Assembly: GCA_973851085.1 (NCBI GenBank)
Contig: OZ316776.1
Span: 12,648,001 to 12,712,000, forward strand
DNA length: 64,000 bases
Direction: 5' to 3'
Source of the DNA: Ptychomitrium polyphyllum
Lineage: Eukaryota
Shown: in pieces, positions 48,492 to 62,166 of the stretch
Layout: every line of letters begins with the position of its first letter
How positions within the stretch are numbered: the first letter of the stretch is position 1
Notes under the pieces: generated by a model
Databases searched by the model: none
What the model was told of the DNA's origin: nothing
The model's input: only the letters and a program-made list of their open reading frames with translations
Program-made: the position numbers and the translations under genes

Positions 48492-51400
48492 AGGTGAATA
48501 GTGCATTATTCTGTTATGGGCCATGGACTTGGAGCTTTGATGGAAGGCACAATATCTATTAGAATAATGAAAACATCTTGTTTTAGTTTGTCTTACAACT
48601 TGGCAAAGAGTTTTATTAGGAATATATTATTCTTTGTTGTTCAATAGATGATATTTGTCTACAATTGTCCATAATTGTTTATAATAATAAGCTTTTACTT
48701 TCATCTTCTATCATATTTGATTGAATTAGTCTTAGTTCAACAATTGATGACAACAAAGAAGTACCACAAATTTAGTTAATATGTATATTTTCCATTACAT
48801 ACATCAAACTTTCAAGACCTTCATTTTTTAAACTTCAACCACTACACACCTAAACAAGACTTCAAGAGAAGAAAGTGGAAAGAAGGGGGCTTGGCCTTTA
48901 ACTACCCAGTTAAATTATAAACGTTTTTGTTTATACTTCTAGCCACTTTAAATCCTAGTCTAACTTATTACATCTTCATTTGGCCCTTTTAAGATGAATT
49001 AGATTATAAACACTCTTTTAGGTAAGTCCAAAAGGTACTAAATCATCTCCTTTGTCATATGACATTAAGTGGCTTGGACCTTGTAATTTAAAATTCTTAT
49101 ATTCCAACGTTTCCAATAATGAAATAATCAAAATCAACTAGTTTTTTATTTGTAAATTAGTATTCATTTCATGTATAATATGATCCTTGACATTTAAATG
49201 ATTAAACATATGACCACGAAATTAGAATCTACATTTTACGCACATTTTTTAAAATATGACAAAAATCCAAAGCACTAGTCTCTCATATATTGAAAAGAAA
49301 TTGTAAACCTTAATCATAGGAAATACAACTGTAAACTGGATAACTGAATGAAATTTGAGATGGAAGGGCATAAACCCAACCCCCTTGGAAATAAGCTCAG
49401 ACATTATTACCCTGTTGGCAGGGGAGAACTGAAGCCAAAAAAGCGTCAAAGCTGGTACGAACACAGATTCAAAATGAGCATGGATGTGGTGAACTTGATC
49501 TATCAGAGCACCCGTGTGCTCCACGACTTCCACTGTATCTGAGATGGGGGGTCATCTCTATTATTGAATGTGTTCACATTGACAAACCTATGGAATGTAG
49601 CCTTCTGAGCAAGTGTCTCACTGTGCATTCAGGGAATGTGATGTGTTGTATGCCCAAAGCTCAACAATGATGTTTCACCTCCATGTGGGATGGTGACTTG
49701 CCTATACTGTAGGACAGAGCACTGGTACCAGAAAAGATACATGTGATGCACACTTATGTGCTCACAGGAACTTTGGAGCAGATTCATTTTGTGATGACTT
49801 CATTCCTTTTCATCTTAGCTTGCAATAAAGGGTCCTAGTTGACTTGGTCCCTGATGCTAACCACAAGAAAGTTTCAACCTCAAATTCTCCAGCTTACACT
49901 GTAAGAACCAAAAGAAATAGAGTAAACCACCAGGTTGTATCCTCAAAGACTTGAAATTTGGCCTGAGGCACTGGTATTACCTCATCCTTGTAACTCCAAT
50001 CTGAGGTAAAAAGTGCAAAAGATCTGTCATTCTGCATCTCTTCACTATCATGAGAAGACATCTTGCCTCTAGATGCATCACTTTAAAAAAGAGTGAATTC
50101 CAATAATTGTGAAAGGGATCTTAATGCTAGCAGGAAGTTTTATAATCTTCATCTGTTGGAAGGTGAATATTGCATTTGATTAACTTTGTAGAAACCAAAT
50201 AGTGATGCTCATGTAATTTTTCTATACCACTGGTTGCACCTTCTGCCAGACAAGCAGCGAGGTTAGTCCCAAGATAGCATAGCCACCTGGAGGAATTAAT
50301 CCTTTGACTTCAAAGATAGACCCTCCGTCTTTCTTACCCAGTTTCTTTGGAAGAGAAAGTCACGCCCTTATTCCGTGCGCACCTTTGAAACAAGATGCCC
50401 ATGGTAATTTAAACCGTTACCTATGTGAACTGGACTCGTAGCAGCGAATAATTTCACGGGCAGCGCGCTGGCAAACAAACCAAAGCACGAAAAAGGAGCG
50501 GGCTGGGTTCCGTCCTATCCGCCGACAGCCCCTGCGCCCGGGCTCGCAGGCTTTCTTACCAGAACGGGTCGCCTTGCCGACCCCACCCGACCCGCGCCCC
50601 CATGCCATCATTCTCTTGTGGCAAGAAGCTTGGGGATAGTCTACAATGTGCAGTTTCTTGATTGATACCTAGTCAATACTCCTAAAATACTCCTTTTACA
50701 CCCGCATTGTACCCACACAATACATAGGTATATACCCTGAGCGTACATAGGTGATACCGTGCCGCTCGTCTTGTTGGAGACGGACATGGATGCCACGTTG
50801 TAAGCCTGTCGAGAAGCTCTGGAAGCTCTCTTGTTTTGCGATGCATCCTGCTCGTGCATCGGCTCAGCTGCGCATTCTCCCTCGTGCCGCGCAGATCACA
50901 CGCGTGAGCTTCGCCGAGGCTTAAGGTTCTGGTAGAGGACGCGGCTGCGGTCAATTTGAGCCGTGGGTGAGCTCGTTTGGTGGAATTTCGGGGAAGTTCT
51001 GCTGCGGAGTATGGACGTGGTTTTGACGAGGTTTTGGTGAGGGGATGCTTGCGGCGGGAGGTGCTGAGGGGAGAGCCAGCGGAGCGGGATGGTTGGATGC
51101 CGGTGAGATCTGAATTTTCGTGTGGCGAGATTCGGCCGGCATTGGAAATGGTTTTCTGCGGTGACGCGGATGCGATGAGAGTGCTGAGAATGGTGATTGA
51201 GAGAAACCGGCGGTTTCTGTATAGTGTGTGTGATGAGGAGGTGCGAGGGGGGCGCTGGAAGCTGAGTGATGCGCTGCGGCGGATGTAGATCGATCAAAGT
51301 GAGGAATTTTGCGTGGAGTAGATTGAGGTGGTTGGGATCTGGGGAGTGTGTTTGAGAGTGCGCGCTCGCGGATGCAGATAAGGTAGATTTTGAGGTTATT

Positions 51401-51578
51401 GCACCTTGCCGTGGCAGTTGCCGTGTGGAGATGTCGTGAATGTACTCGGAGGTGCAATTATTGGTGTACAGTGGTTTCGTATTTATTCAACACGAGGACA
51501 GTGAAGTGTAACAGTGGATAGAAACAGGAGGATCTTTTAAATAGGCTGCGAGCCGCAAATTGAAGTCGGGCTGTGAAG

Positions 51579-54500
51579 ATGTTTAAATCTTTGAAGAAGA
51601 AGCCCGAGAAAGTGAAGGAGAAATTAGACTTCAAGCTCGGATTTCATGCTACTCGGGTTTGGCTCTTTGCTTCCTTCTTACTCGCCTGAGTATTGTATCA
51701 GATATGCTCCTCTCTTCGTTGATCTGCATTACCGTAGGTGCTCTAACGTTCATCGCTAATATTTGACATTGCGTTATGATCGATTTAGGAGTTTATTCAT
51801 AAGACTTTTCAAACTTCCTCGGTTAGAGAAACAACTCTATTTTAGCAGTAGTTATCGTTATTCATCTTTGAGCGTACACTATCTGCATGAGGAGTTCCAT
51901 TGCCTACTAGCCTTTTCCCCTGTTTCTCCCCACCCCTGAGCAAAACTCAACTTCTGTTGAGCTTGCTAGAGTGGAGTTTATCAGCTTCCGTACTAATGAT
52001 ATGGACTGCATTGTAGATAATTAACGCTGTACCCTGAGTAAGAAAGTTCACCTAGAAAGTGTCGGAACCATTGCATTGCCTTGTAATCCAACGATGTGAA
52101 GATTAGGTGAGATTGGTAGATCTGTGATACAAGTTGGGTTGCAATATAGTGAGGCTGATTCGAAGGACGGTCAATGTTGTTCCGAGACGACTTGTTGGCA
52201 GAGTTATTATAGGTTCTCAGTGTTATGCAATTAGGTATCTTGTATACATGTGATTATGATAGGGAGTGATGTGAAGTAATTGTTGTTTATGCAGGTACCA
52301 TTGCAAGGATGGGATAAGTTAGTGATATCAGTTATTCCATACGAGACAGGGCGGCCTGTAGCCAAGACTCCTAGGGCAGTGGTGAAAAATGGAGAATGTA
52401 ATTGGCCCGACAGCATTATAGAGACTACGAGGATGGTGTATGACACTAGGACCAACTCGTACGAGGAAAAGAAGTACAGGTTTATGGTTTCATCAGTAAG
52501 TTTCAAATGGATTCTTATCCTTCAAGAGCATCTTCTGTTCCATGTCGATGTTTAAGTAGTATCTAACGTCCAATTTCCATGTCTAATACCTTTATGAGAA
52601 CAAGACTCGAGTTGATTATGTTCCACAGGATTTATTACCTAGTTTGGACAAGAAACCAAGTGTCTTCCTTGAAGAGGTGTTTGATTGGTATACTCTTCGC
52701 AATGGATATGCTTGATACTAATGAGACATTCCGTATGTGTTCTTGTTTTATTGAACAGGGTTCATCACGGTCTGGAGTACTAGGGGAGGTTACAATTAAT
52801 TTGGGAGATTTTGCTGCCTCAAAAAGTCCACAACAAAAAGGATTGGCCCTGAGGAATTGCAATACTGGCACCTTGCTACACGTAAGCCTCCTCCAACTGT
52901 AGTGTTATCAGCGACCGATCTTCTTTTCTTTTCGTTCAGCAGCATGTTCTAGCCGTTCTACGATAAGGCAGCTTTGTTTTACGGCCCGGCTAAACTCGCA
53001 TTTATTTTAGTTTCCAGAAGTTTTTTTATCCAGGCTAAATGTATCTAACACAACTTGAACTATTTCTGATTCGGCAGGTTACTGTCACGTGCTTAACTCC
53101 TAAATCCCACGACAGGTAACCTCTATTTCATGGTGTATTTTAAATGAGGAGTGTGGTTTTGTAATCTGTTTAATTTTGCTAGTTTTCTTCATCCTACTAT
53201 TATGTAGTGGTTGCTTGGTCGCAATGAGATCTTTTACCTCTCTATTACCTTGTTGTATATGTTTGCGATTTGGACTAGGACCTTCGACCCTGCGTTTGTT
53301 GTTAGAAACTTTCATTTTAGGGTTTTCCTCCTCTCTTTATTTTCTTGCAAACAGAACTTACGCAAATGCACTAGGCCTATTGGTTGTCATTGTTCATAAC
53401 ATTTCTGGTTGATGTCGATCATTCTTCAGTGCCAAGGATTCCGACAGGGCGACAAAACCTGTAAACGATGCGGATGAGGAGGAAGAAGTGGCTTCTGATG
53501 ATGATAATAATGAAAAACTGAACAGGGTTAGCAGTAACGGTCACTTGGACAGTCCTCGCAAGGTAAAGATATATATTCGTATGGATTCAAGCTTGCAGAA
53601 TTGTGGGAAGTCGGTTATTGATTGCTTTTAACAGTTCTGTTTCTTTCTACTTTATTCCTTTTTCCTATAATCTCGCTTTGATACTAGGTTCTGATTCTAA
53701 AAAGGAGAGTTTGGGATCTCTAATACTAACTCGATTCTGATGACTCGTGCTACGGCAGCCTTCCGTAGATTCTCCACATTTATCACCATTATCGCCAGGA
53801 GCAAGGAAGCTTCAGCAGGTAATAACGTTTACTTTGTAGAGGTCGCAGCTCTAATACATTTAAGAATATGGAGTTTATTTTCGCTTTATTCTGGCTTCTG
53901 GTTATTTGAGTGGTGCACACTAAATCTAGTATAATTAGATTCGTAGATTTCTAGCTCCTATCTTCAATCTTAAAGGGTTGCATTTGCCTCTCTTGTTTTT
54001 GTAGAGAAACGTCTCTACATCTTCACTGCGTTATAGCAGCAGCAGCTTTGACTCGCTTGAGGTACCATCAACACCAGGAGCTACCTCGTTTACTGATAGC
54101 ATGCAAGGGTACCCTGGTGAGAATTTATCTTCTTCAAGCTCATTTGCCAGTCTGCCAGAGAAACTAGACCGGAGCAGGGAAAATGTTGGTCACGACTCTA
54201 AGCCCTCATCCCCTCTGCCAAATTACGGCCATAAGCGAACTCTTTCCTCATCAGCTGCTTCAGCTGGAAATCAGCAAGTTAGGCAAACAGAACGGAGCCA
54301 GACTACTAATTGGACTGGACATCCTGAGCATACTCAGGGGGATTCTCGAGAAGCTTCGGGGACAATTGAGGACCTTAGAATGGAATTGACAACTTCGAAG
54401 CGACAGTTGCTCAAGCTTAGTGATGAAGTGGATTATCTTAATCGCAATCTCGAGAAGAATATGCAAGTTAGTAAGGTGAAGGAGATGGAAGTATCTGCTC

Positions 54501-57500
54501 TTACAACTGAACGAGACGGGTTGAAGCAGGAATTAGAGAATCTCAAGTCAGCGAAGCAAGCTTCACGGAATCCTGAAAATGGGGCAGATGAATCCAGGTT
54601 GGTAATGTCTTCCACTTAAGATTTAGACGCCTCCCTCCCTCAGTAATTCTGTGTCACGCTTAAATGGTGCTATTCTTACATTGGAAATGTCCTTGGTTGC
54701 AACCATAAAAGTTTCTTGTTTCCTGCGCTTGAAGAGATCAACATTTCTTTGGAATTCCTGGATTCACATTGTGGAAAAGCCGGTATCCATTTCCAACCTT
54801 CTGGTTGCCCAGCTTAGCACAGGGAGGTCATTCGAGAGCCACGTCATGTATCAGAAGTCTCACGTTAGTTTTCAGTCTTTGCATTCGCTTTATGTTTATG
54901 CGTTTGTGATTTATTCACAGGACACTCCGATTGTTTTGGTTTTCAATTTTACAGATGGGTCGTAGAGGATGCTCAGCGAGTGATTCAGGAGCTGAAGGAG
55001 GAGATCACGTTGGAGAAGAGCACCATCAGCAGCCTGAATGAACAGTTGCTGAAGACACAGCAACATAATGTGAAACTGGTTTTAGAGATTGATGAGCTTC
55101 TTGATGCGGCTAAAAATAATGATTCAACCCGACCTTCTGAGGACTTAGCCCAGGTCGAAAATGACTCGATTAAGAAGCTTGCTGCCAAAAATGACGAGAT
55201 AAAGGATCTGCAGGCTAAGATAATGCATTTGGAAGAGAGGAATTCTCAAATGCGAACTAGTGTATCTGCACCTGCACGAGACACCAGTGACGCACTTGTC
55301 AATGGCCTACAGAATATGGTGAAACAGTTGCAACAAGATGTTGAAGAACTAGAGGCCGACACAATTCGGTTGGCAGAAGAGAACAATGAGTTGCATGCTA
55401 AGTTGGAATCAAGCAGTGCGGAACTCAACGAGAAGAGTAAATTGATTGATTATTTGAAGGCTTCTAGTCCTACATCTCAGCCCCGTGCTCCTGATAATTT
55501 GGTGAAACAGTTGCAACGCGATGTTGAGGAACTAGAGGCGGACACGGTTCGGCTGACGGAAGAAAATCCAGAATTGCTCGCAAAGTTAGAATCTAGCAAT
55601 TTGGAACTTAGTGAGAAAAATAAACTGATTGCTGATTTGAAAGATTCTGGTTCTACATCTCAGCCTCGTGCTCCTGATAATCTGTTGAAGCAATTGCAAC
55701 AAGATGTCGAGGAATTAGAGGCGGACACAATTCGGTTGACTGATGAAAATTCAGAATTGCGAGTCAAGCTGGAATTGAGCAATTTGGAAATCAGTGAGAA
55801 AAGCAGATTAATTGCTGACCTGAAGGCTTCAGAGAGTGCTGAAGAAGGGCGATCGCAGCTGTTGGCAAAAATTGTAAGCTTGGAGGGGGAGCTTAGTCGG
55901 TTAAAGGAGGAAACTGCTCAGATTTTGACTGAAAAAGAAGAAGCCCAAAAGTTTATTCAGCGCCTTCAGGCAGAGAATCAAGAACTTCAGAAGTCCATTG
56001 AAAGGTTAGAAGGTGGTCATCCCGAGAACTTCGGTAGAGTCAAGGACCGGGAGGTGGCAAACAACAATCTCTTTCAGCAGTTGGCTGAAACTGTGACTGG
56101 CCTGGAGGAAGAACTTCAGGAGTCGCAGGAAGAGAGCAGACTCAGCAGGTACTTGCAGCTTCATATGTTCTGCATAATATGTTCGTGTTCTGTGGCCAAC
56201 ATCTACTACAATATTCTAGTTTGTATCAAATTAGTGGCATCATCAGTATTCTCAAATTTGGACCATTGGATGAAAATCTAACTGGATGTCTTGTGTGGTT
56301 ATCGTTGTGCTTGATGTAAAGGTTGCATATAGAAGAGCTCGAACGTGAGATTTTGACGCTTACTTCTGGCCACAACTGTAGCTCCTCCAATGAGGTGGAG
56401 TCTTTGAGAAAACTCTTAGAAAGTGAAAAACTGGACAAAGAAAATATACAACGCAATGCTGAAGAGAAAACTCGAGTAAACCAGGAGCATTTAGATCATG
56501 CTCTGGAAGAGTCCGATTCGCTGAAAGAGAAACTGGAGAATCTGTTGATAGAAATGAGGAGTGCGGAGGTGAGGGCTGCAGAACTGGAAATGACCAAAAC
56601 CATTCTCGAGGATAAATTAGCAGCTCTGGAGGAAGAGAAAATGCGAATTTCCGATCGTGTATCTGGTCTTGAACTACAACTGAAATTCATGACGGAGGAG
56701 CGGGACTTGCGGCAACAGGAAGCAGGAGTGGTTGAGGAGGAGAAGTCATACCTCCTCAGTGAAAGGGAGCGCCTTCAAAATGCTCTGGACTCCACTACAG
56801 AGCAGCACCAGGACCTTGTTAGGCACCTAACTGAGGAGTTAGATGAAGCTATCAAAGAATGTGAAGTTTTCAAGAATTCCCAAGAGCATTTAGAACAGGA
56901 AGTCATGCGACTACAAGGGGAGCTTGAAGAAGCCCATCATGATCTTCGAGAGCACACTAAAGTCTTTGAAAATAGCCGGGCTGTGCTTGAAGAGAGCTTT
57001 CATTCGATCAGCAGAGACCATGCCAATGCTGTTGCAGTTTCAAAGACTTTAGAAGCTCAGGTCGCTCAATTGCAGAGTGATTTGGAGGACATGGAGATGC
57101 GATCTGCCACAGAGTTTAGAACTATTTCCATGCTGAAAGAGTCCGAACAACATCGGGCTGAAAAAGCTGAACAAGCCTTGCAACAGAGTGCATTGCTTCA
57201 GAAGGAGAATTCTACGTTGGCGAAGCGGGTTGCTGAACTAGAATTATTATTGGAGGATGAGCGAGTATCTTATGCAGCAGATACAAATGGAAGGACAAAT
57301 AGTAATGGAAACGCAAAGTCAAACAACGGACATGAATCCTATGAGGTACATTGATACTTAAAAGAAGACCTTATTGAGAAGTTTTAATAAACCATCTGAC
57401 TTCCTTGTCTTAAGGATCTTGTGTTGCCGAGAGTAGCAAAGAGTGCTGACATATCAAATATTTTTGTACTGCAAAACCTGATATTTTTTTTCCTCAGTTT

Positions 57501-59068
57501 TTAGACTACCTTCCGTTAGTTTCGGGCTGAGTGTGTCGGTGATGCACGAGCTCTCCTGGAAACTGGGTGCAGGTGATTGGATTTGTAACTGATAGTGGTT
57601 CACATTTGGTTATGCGTAACATGACTGGATTGTCAACAGGGAAGTCGTTTGAAAGCCTTGGAGATGGAGAGAATGAAGCAGGAGTTTATGGAGAAGGAAT
57701 CGAGCTTACTTAATGAGATTGAGCGTTTAGAGCTGGCTAATGAGCAGCTCATCCAGGGGGCACCTGACTCTGATCTTCAGCAGCTTCAAGTGGAGGTACC
57801 TGAGTTTGGAAATTCTTTTACTGTACATTATTAGTAATTGGATTCAGAATCTTTGGGTGTACAGGATGATGGTTTCGGATTATCAAATTTACGACGAAGT
57901 CTGTGCTATCCAGTTCTATAGACAGACACCGAACTTTTTTATTGAAGTGTTCCTTGTCTATGAGTACTCTTGGAAGATTCTTATAACTGAAATACAGTAT
58001 AAGTGTTACAAACAGTTCCAGGGATATTCTTACCACTAAATTTCACGTAGTTGCCAAGCATTGAATTCATGATTGTTCTCCTTGCAGTTGACTCGTTTGC
58101 AGAATCAGAATGCTGCTCTAAATCGGCTCGTCAAGGAATTAGAATCCCAGCTTAATACTCAGGACATGCTTCAGAGTGAAGTGGAGCGTTTGCAAGAGGT
58201 TTGCAATCTTCCCTCTCTGTGTAGAGATCTGACCACGATTTTTGCTGACGACATATGTAGTTTTAGTAGTCAACTGTTGGTAGACATGCAATCTAGCAAG
58301 AGCGTTGCGCATTTGTGGGATGATACTGTAAGGCCGCCTTCGTATGACAACTTCAGCTGATGAGGCGTTTGCTCTATAACAGGTCAATGAGAAGCTGGAC
58401 AACAGGCTTCAGAAGTATAAGGCAGCTGCTGCTGGGTCTAGTATGGTTGAAAGAGTTGTTCACTTAGAAACAGAATTAGCTGAAGCGATGGAGGCTAACA
58501 ATATGTACAAGTCGCAGTTGCGAAGGTATGTATTAGTATATCTTTCTAGTCTACTCGTTCATGGGTTAATGCGATTCCCCATGCGGTCGTTAATTGTTCG
58601 AAGTTTAAAATATTCGTTTTTGATGGAAAGGAATTACTACATCTCTCAGTCAAATTGACATACGACTAAATAAATTTCCATGCTTGTGGATATGGAATCT
58701 TCTTGGATACATGAACATCAAGTGTTCTTGCCTGCCGAGGGAAAGGTTGTTCTTACTTCATCGAGGTGCTATGATGTGGAAGATCTTCTTGTATGCCATG
58801 TCATTTTAACTGATGTGGCTTCTTCACTCTGAGCAGTGCATTTGCGGAGCAGCAGAACGTTCATGCGGTAGCACTTCAGAACTTTGGAGACGTCGACCAG
58901 GTTGTAAATGACCTTGTGGAGTTGCGAAAGCGTGTCAAGCAGTTGGAGGGTGAGTTGCGGGACATGCGGGATCGGTATTCTGCCATGAGTTTGCGATTTG
59001 CTGAAGTTGAAGGCGAGAGGGAGGAGCTTGTTATGACTATTAGGACTCTTCGAAACACACGGAGGTAG
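51579..59068 (+). CDS. NT-type C2 (EEIG1/EHBP1) domain + long coiled-coil 'myosin heavy chain-related' protein, 13 exons: 51579-51656, 52295-52495, 52759-52881, 53078-53115, 53430-53562, 53759-53818, 54005-54597, 54955-56148, 56322-57345, 57640-57795, 58088-58198, 58383-58525, 58837-59068
   Basis: N-terminal FHATRVPLQGWDKLVISV..TGRPVAKT..GECNWPD..GSSRSGVLGEVTINL (NT-C2), extensive heptads, LETELAEAMEANNMYKSQL, and the conserved C-terminus ELRDMRDRYSAMSLRFAEVEGEREELVM. Splice phases are consistent. Confidence 0.92.
55313..55831 (+). repeat. Three 183-bp (61-aa) tandem coding repeats in exon 8 of the NT-C2 gene
   Basis: Units start at 55313, 55496 and 55679: N(M/L)(V/L)KQLQ(Q/R)DVEELEADT(I/V)RL..EN.EL..KLE.S..E..EK..LI..LK. 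The third unit is partial. Confidence 0.95.
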
Positions 59069-59448
59069 TAACTTTAGGATTGCTAGTCTATTACTTCTTG
59101 AATGCAAGAAGTCATAGAAATTTGATTCATCATTATAGGCAATCTTGGTCAGCTATTGACCTATCGCCCTGTTTATTGGCTTAACAAAGTGGCCAGTTGT
59201 ATCGAGCAACGGGTGGCTTTCGGGGATTTCGCTGCTGAAGAACCACCTTTTCATGTAAAATCACTTTCTAGTCCTGTACGCCTATATTATTTATATGTGA
59301 ATAAGAAGGCCATATTTTAGGCCTTACCTCCGGTTGCAACTCACCAGAGTACTGGTCCAGAGTAGTAATCGGAGTTGGAGAAGGATCTTGTGAATATAAA
59401 TCCCAGCAGTAGGATACTGTTGAAGTTGTTAATATTGATAGTAATTGA

Positions 59449-60950
59449 TCATTCATCATGTATATCTGTTGAAATGTCTGTTATTAGTGGTGCATTTGGG
59501 TTGAATGAATTCCTCTGACGTGTGTTTATGGGAGAATTTGGAATCTCATTTGAATCAACTGCACTTGGCATCTCAACTACGCATATTTGCTGGCGAGGAG
59601 CGACATTCCACACCTCGGGATCCGTGGAAGTGGTGACATCTTCAATTCGTGGCTGTACACTGGACTGCGCCTGCGGGTGAGCATGTAATCCGTCATCGTC
59701 AAGCCACTCGATGTCTATATTCTTCACTCTGTAGGAAGCTGATGGTCGTGGAGTGTCAAATGTCGTGCGGAAGTGTGGTCCGTCGTCCAGGAAGGATTGA
59801 AAGAGCAGATTAGGTGTTGAAAAGCGCCCCTGCATTTGCCGTTGTACTGCTTGACTTCTTGCTATCCTGCTGTGCCCAAAAGTTAAGGCATAAGTGTAAG
59901 GAGTTGTCTGGCAACTCGCCAAATTAACTTCTTCACACTACTGATATAGAAGCCTAGGATCATGCCTTAGAAGGATACTGATAATGTTTGTGATCAACTG
60001 GACATTTGCAGGGTAGAGTCGTAAGAAAATCTTACAGTGGATCAGCCCACATTTCACGCTGGAATGCATCAAAGGCTCTGTCCATCTCTTCCCTGTGAGC
60101 CTGTCCTTCCCATGGCACCACCTCAATGACTAATTTCAAAAATATTTTTTGAATAAAATGGATGCAAACTTGGGATGTTCGACAGATGTGTACACTTCAC
60201 ATTGCGCACATGTGAACTAAAGTGGAATCTTTCCATTTACATGAAGGCGAGGAGTTTTGATCGAAATGGATATCCGTGTTTCAAGGCACACCAACTCTTT
60301 GATATGATGATGTAACCCATCATTCAAACCACATGTGAGATATGCAAATGGCGAGTTGCAATACCCCGTGGAACTCCATTTAAATTTATCAAAATGCAGT
60401 TCAAGGACTACCAACAAAGAGCAGCAACAACGACTAGGAACTTGAGAAACCCTAACCGTGAACCAGTCCCTTGCTGGAGGATGAGACGCTCTCCGTTGTC
60501 TGGTGACCCTCTGAACTGGTATGTCGTTTTCTTCATCTGGCGGATCCATTTCCTTGTGTCTCCACTGTAAATGTCACCGTATGTTATTTCATGGGTTCGA
60601 AACCCTAAATCTCTACCAGGCTTCATGGCAAGGAATGGCTCAGCTTGTGCGATGCGAACGGGCGCATAGTTTGCAGCTTGTCAATATTCATTATCCTGAT
60701 CTTTGCAATACTCTCCATGATCATACTTGCTTCCACATTATCAAACGTGCCAAGTTGGCCTGCTTTTAATCACGAGAACCTAAAAAATAAGACCACTTGC
60801 TGGACATCATATATAGGAAGAGTTGCATTGCCGCACAGCTAAAATACACTCGTCATACTCCTTTGAAATCCCAACTCGGGTAACACCAGTGTCAACTCCG
60901 TTTTGTGGCATTTCCTTCGACGAATCATTGTGCAGTAGAAGCTCGTAGCC
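59449..60950 (-). mobile_element. Degenerate coding relic, possibly a SWIM-finger/MULE-related repeat
   Basis: A chain of same-strand ORF pieces broken by stops and frameshifts, with no exon structure: ..QCN.., SKWSYFLGSR, GTFDNVEA, MKPGRDLGFRTHEITYGDIYSGDTRK/MDPPD, WFTVRVSQVPSRCC, ...YTYALTFG. The family resemblance is from recall only. Confidence 0.35.
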
Positions 60951-60960
60951 TCTGAATGCC

Positions 60961-61008
60961 ATATGCATTGAAGTTGACACATGAATATGCATTGAAGTTG
61001 ACACATGA
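60961..61008. repeat. 24-bp tandem duplication
   Basis: ATATGCATTGAAGTTGACACATGA x2. Confidence 0.95.
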
Positions 61009-61034
61009 ACAGTAATGACTGACCACACGAGATG

Positions 61035-61139
61035 AACCAACCTGGAGTGTTCAAACCAACCTGGAGTGTTCAAACCAACCTGGAGTGTTCAAACCAACCT
61101 GGAGTGTTCTAAACCAACCTGGAGTGTTCAAACCAACCT
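61035..61139. repeat. 19-bp minisatellite, about 5.5 copies
   Basis: AACCAACCTGGAGTGTTCA repeats; the fourth copy has a 1-nt insertion. Degenerate echoes occur at ~61152, ~61170 and ~61201. Confidence 0.95.
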
Positions 61140-61601
61140 CCTCGATCGGTGAACTAACCTGCACAGATGAACCAAGCTTCAAAGATGAACTATTGATTGT
61201 ACCAACCTGGAGAATCGAACAGAGGGACTTGAAAAGGCGACTGGAACAAGGAGGTTTGAAGAGGGGGGACTTGGGCCATGGGCAGGATAAGAGGGACCAG
61301 CCGTTGCAGAGCAGTGGTGTCGGTGGAGAGCTTTGTGTTGTGCTCACAATTGCAGCCGGCTGTGGGTGCTCGTCTCCTCGTGATTCTGTCTGTCTAAGGC
61401 GAAGTCGGCTTCCGTTGCGAGTTGCAGTTTTCCCTGACCGTTTCGGTGGAAGGAACAGCAGCGCCACATGCAACCCAACGTGGTTTCTCTTGAGCTTCGG
61501 TGCTGCACTTGCGAGTGTGCAATGCAAGTTTGATGAACTTCTGAAGGGAGAGCAAGAGTTGAAGCCCGTGGTGGGCAACGGAGGGGTCTCGCTTCACAAC
61601 C

Positions 61602-62166
61602 ATGGAGAACATCACGGCCAACGAGGTCGCAGGGCTGGGAGTGGGCGCTTTGCTGCTCGCGGCCGCTCTTGCGGCGCCCAACGTGGACGCCTTCATCGCC
61701 CGAGGGCAGCGGAGGTAAAGCCTTGTTTCTAACCCTGATTGCGGTTTATTCCCAAGTTGCACGACATTTCCAAGTGATGGTATCGATGATATTGGTGAGG
61801 GGTTTTGAGTTCTCGACGGCTAATTGATTATGTGTGTGCGATGTGGACATGGTTTATGGGTGCAGGAATTTGAAGTTGTGTATGGAGTGTGGCGGTGTGA
61901 CGAGAATTCCTTGTGCGAGGTGCAAATCTCGCGGGACTCTAAACCAGAAGATTTTTTCCTTTGATGGTAGCAGCAAGCCTACAACGTGTCCTGAGTGCCG
62001 AGGCAAAGGCAATTTTCCATGTCCATCGTGTTGCGGGAATAAATCTGGTTCCTCTTTATGGTTGCTACTTGGTGAATGGAGAGGTTGTTGCGTTTTGTTG
62101 GATGTTTTGCCAGGGTGTGGACGTCGTGTCCGTTGTTTTCTTAGAGATTGTTATTCATTTAGGTGA
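61602..62166 (+). CDS. DnaJ-type cysteine-rich zinc-finger protein lacking a J domain; exons 61602-61714 and 61866-~62166 (both ends uncertain)
   Basis: ITANEVAGLGVGALLLAAALAAPNVDAFIARGQR|RNLKLCMECGGVTRIPCARCKSRG...CPECRGKGNFPCPSC: a hydrophobic segment plus four CxxC(xGxG) half-sites. The GT-AG intron is in phase. Confidence 0.8.

Noticed and set aside
49250..50400. Possible gene in the moderate-GC intergenic stretch
   Set aside because: Only short ORFs, with no recognisable motif or consistent exon chain.
50896..51457. ORFs of 103-168 aa upstream of the NT-C2 gene
   Set aside because: They lie in a probable 5'UTR intron (donor ~50967, acceptor ~51471), start at non-ATG codons and have no domain signal.
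61035..61139. 19-bp direct repeats as a CRISPR array
   Set aside because: The units are contiguous with no unique spacers, there are no cas genes, and the context is eukaryotic. It is a minisatellite.
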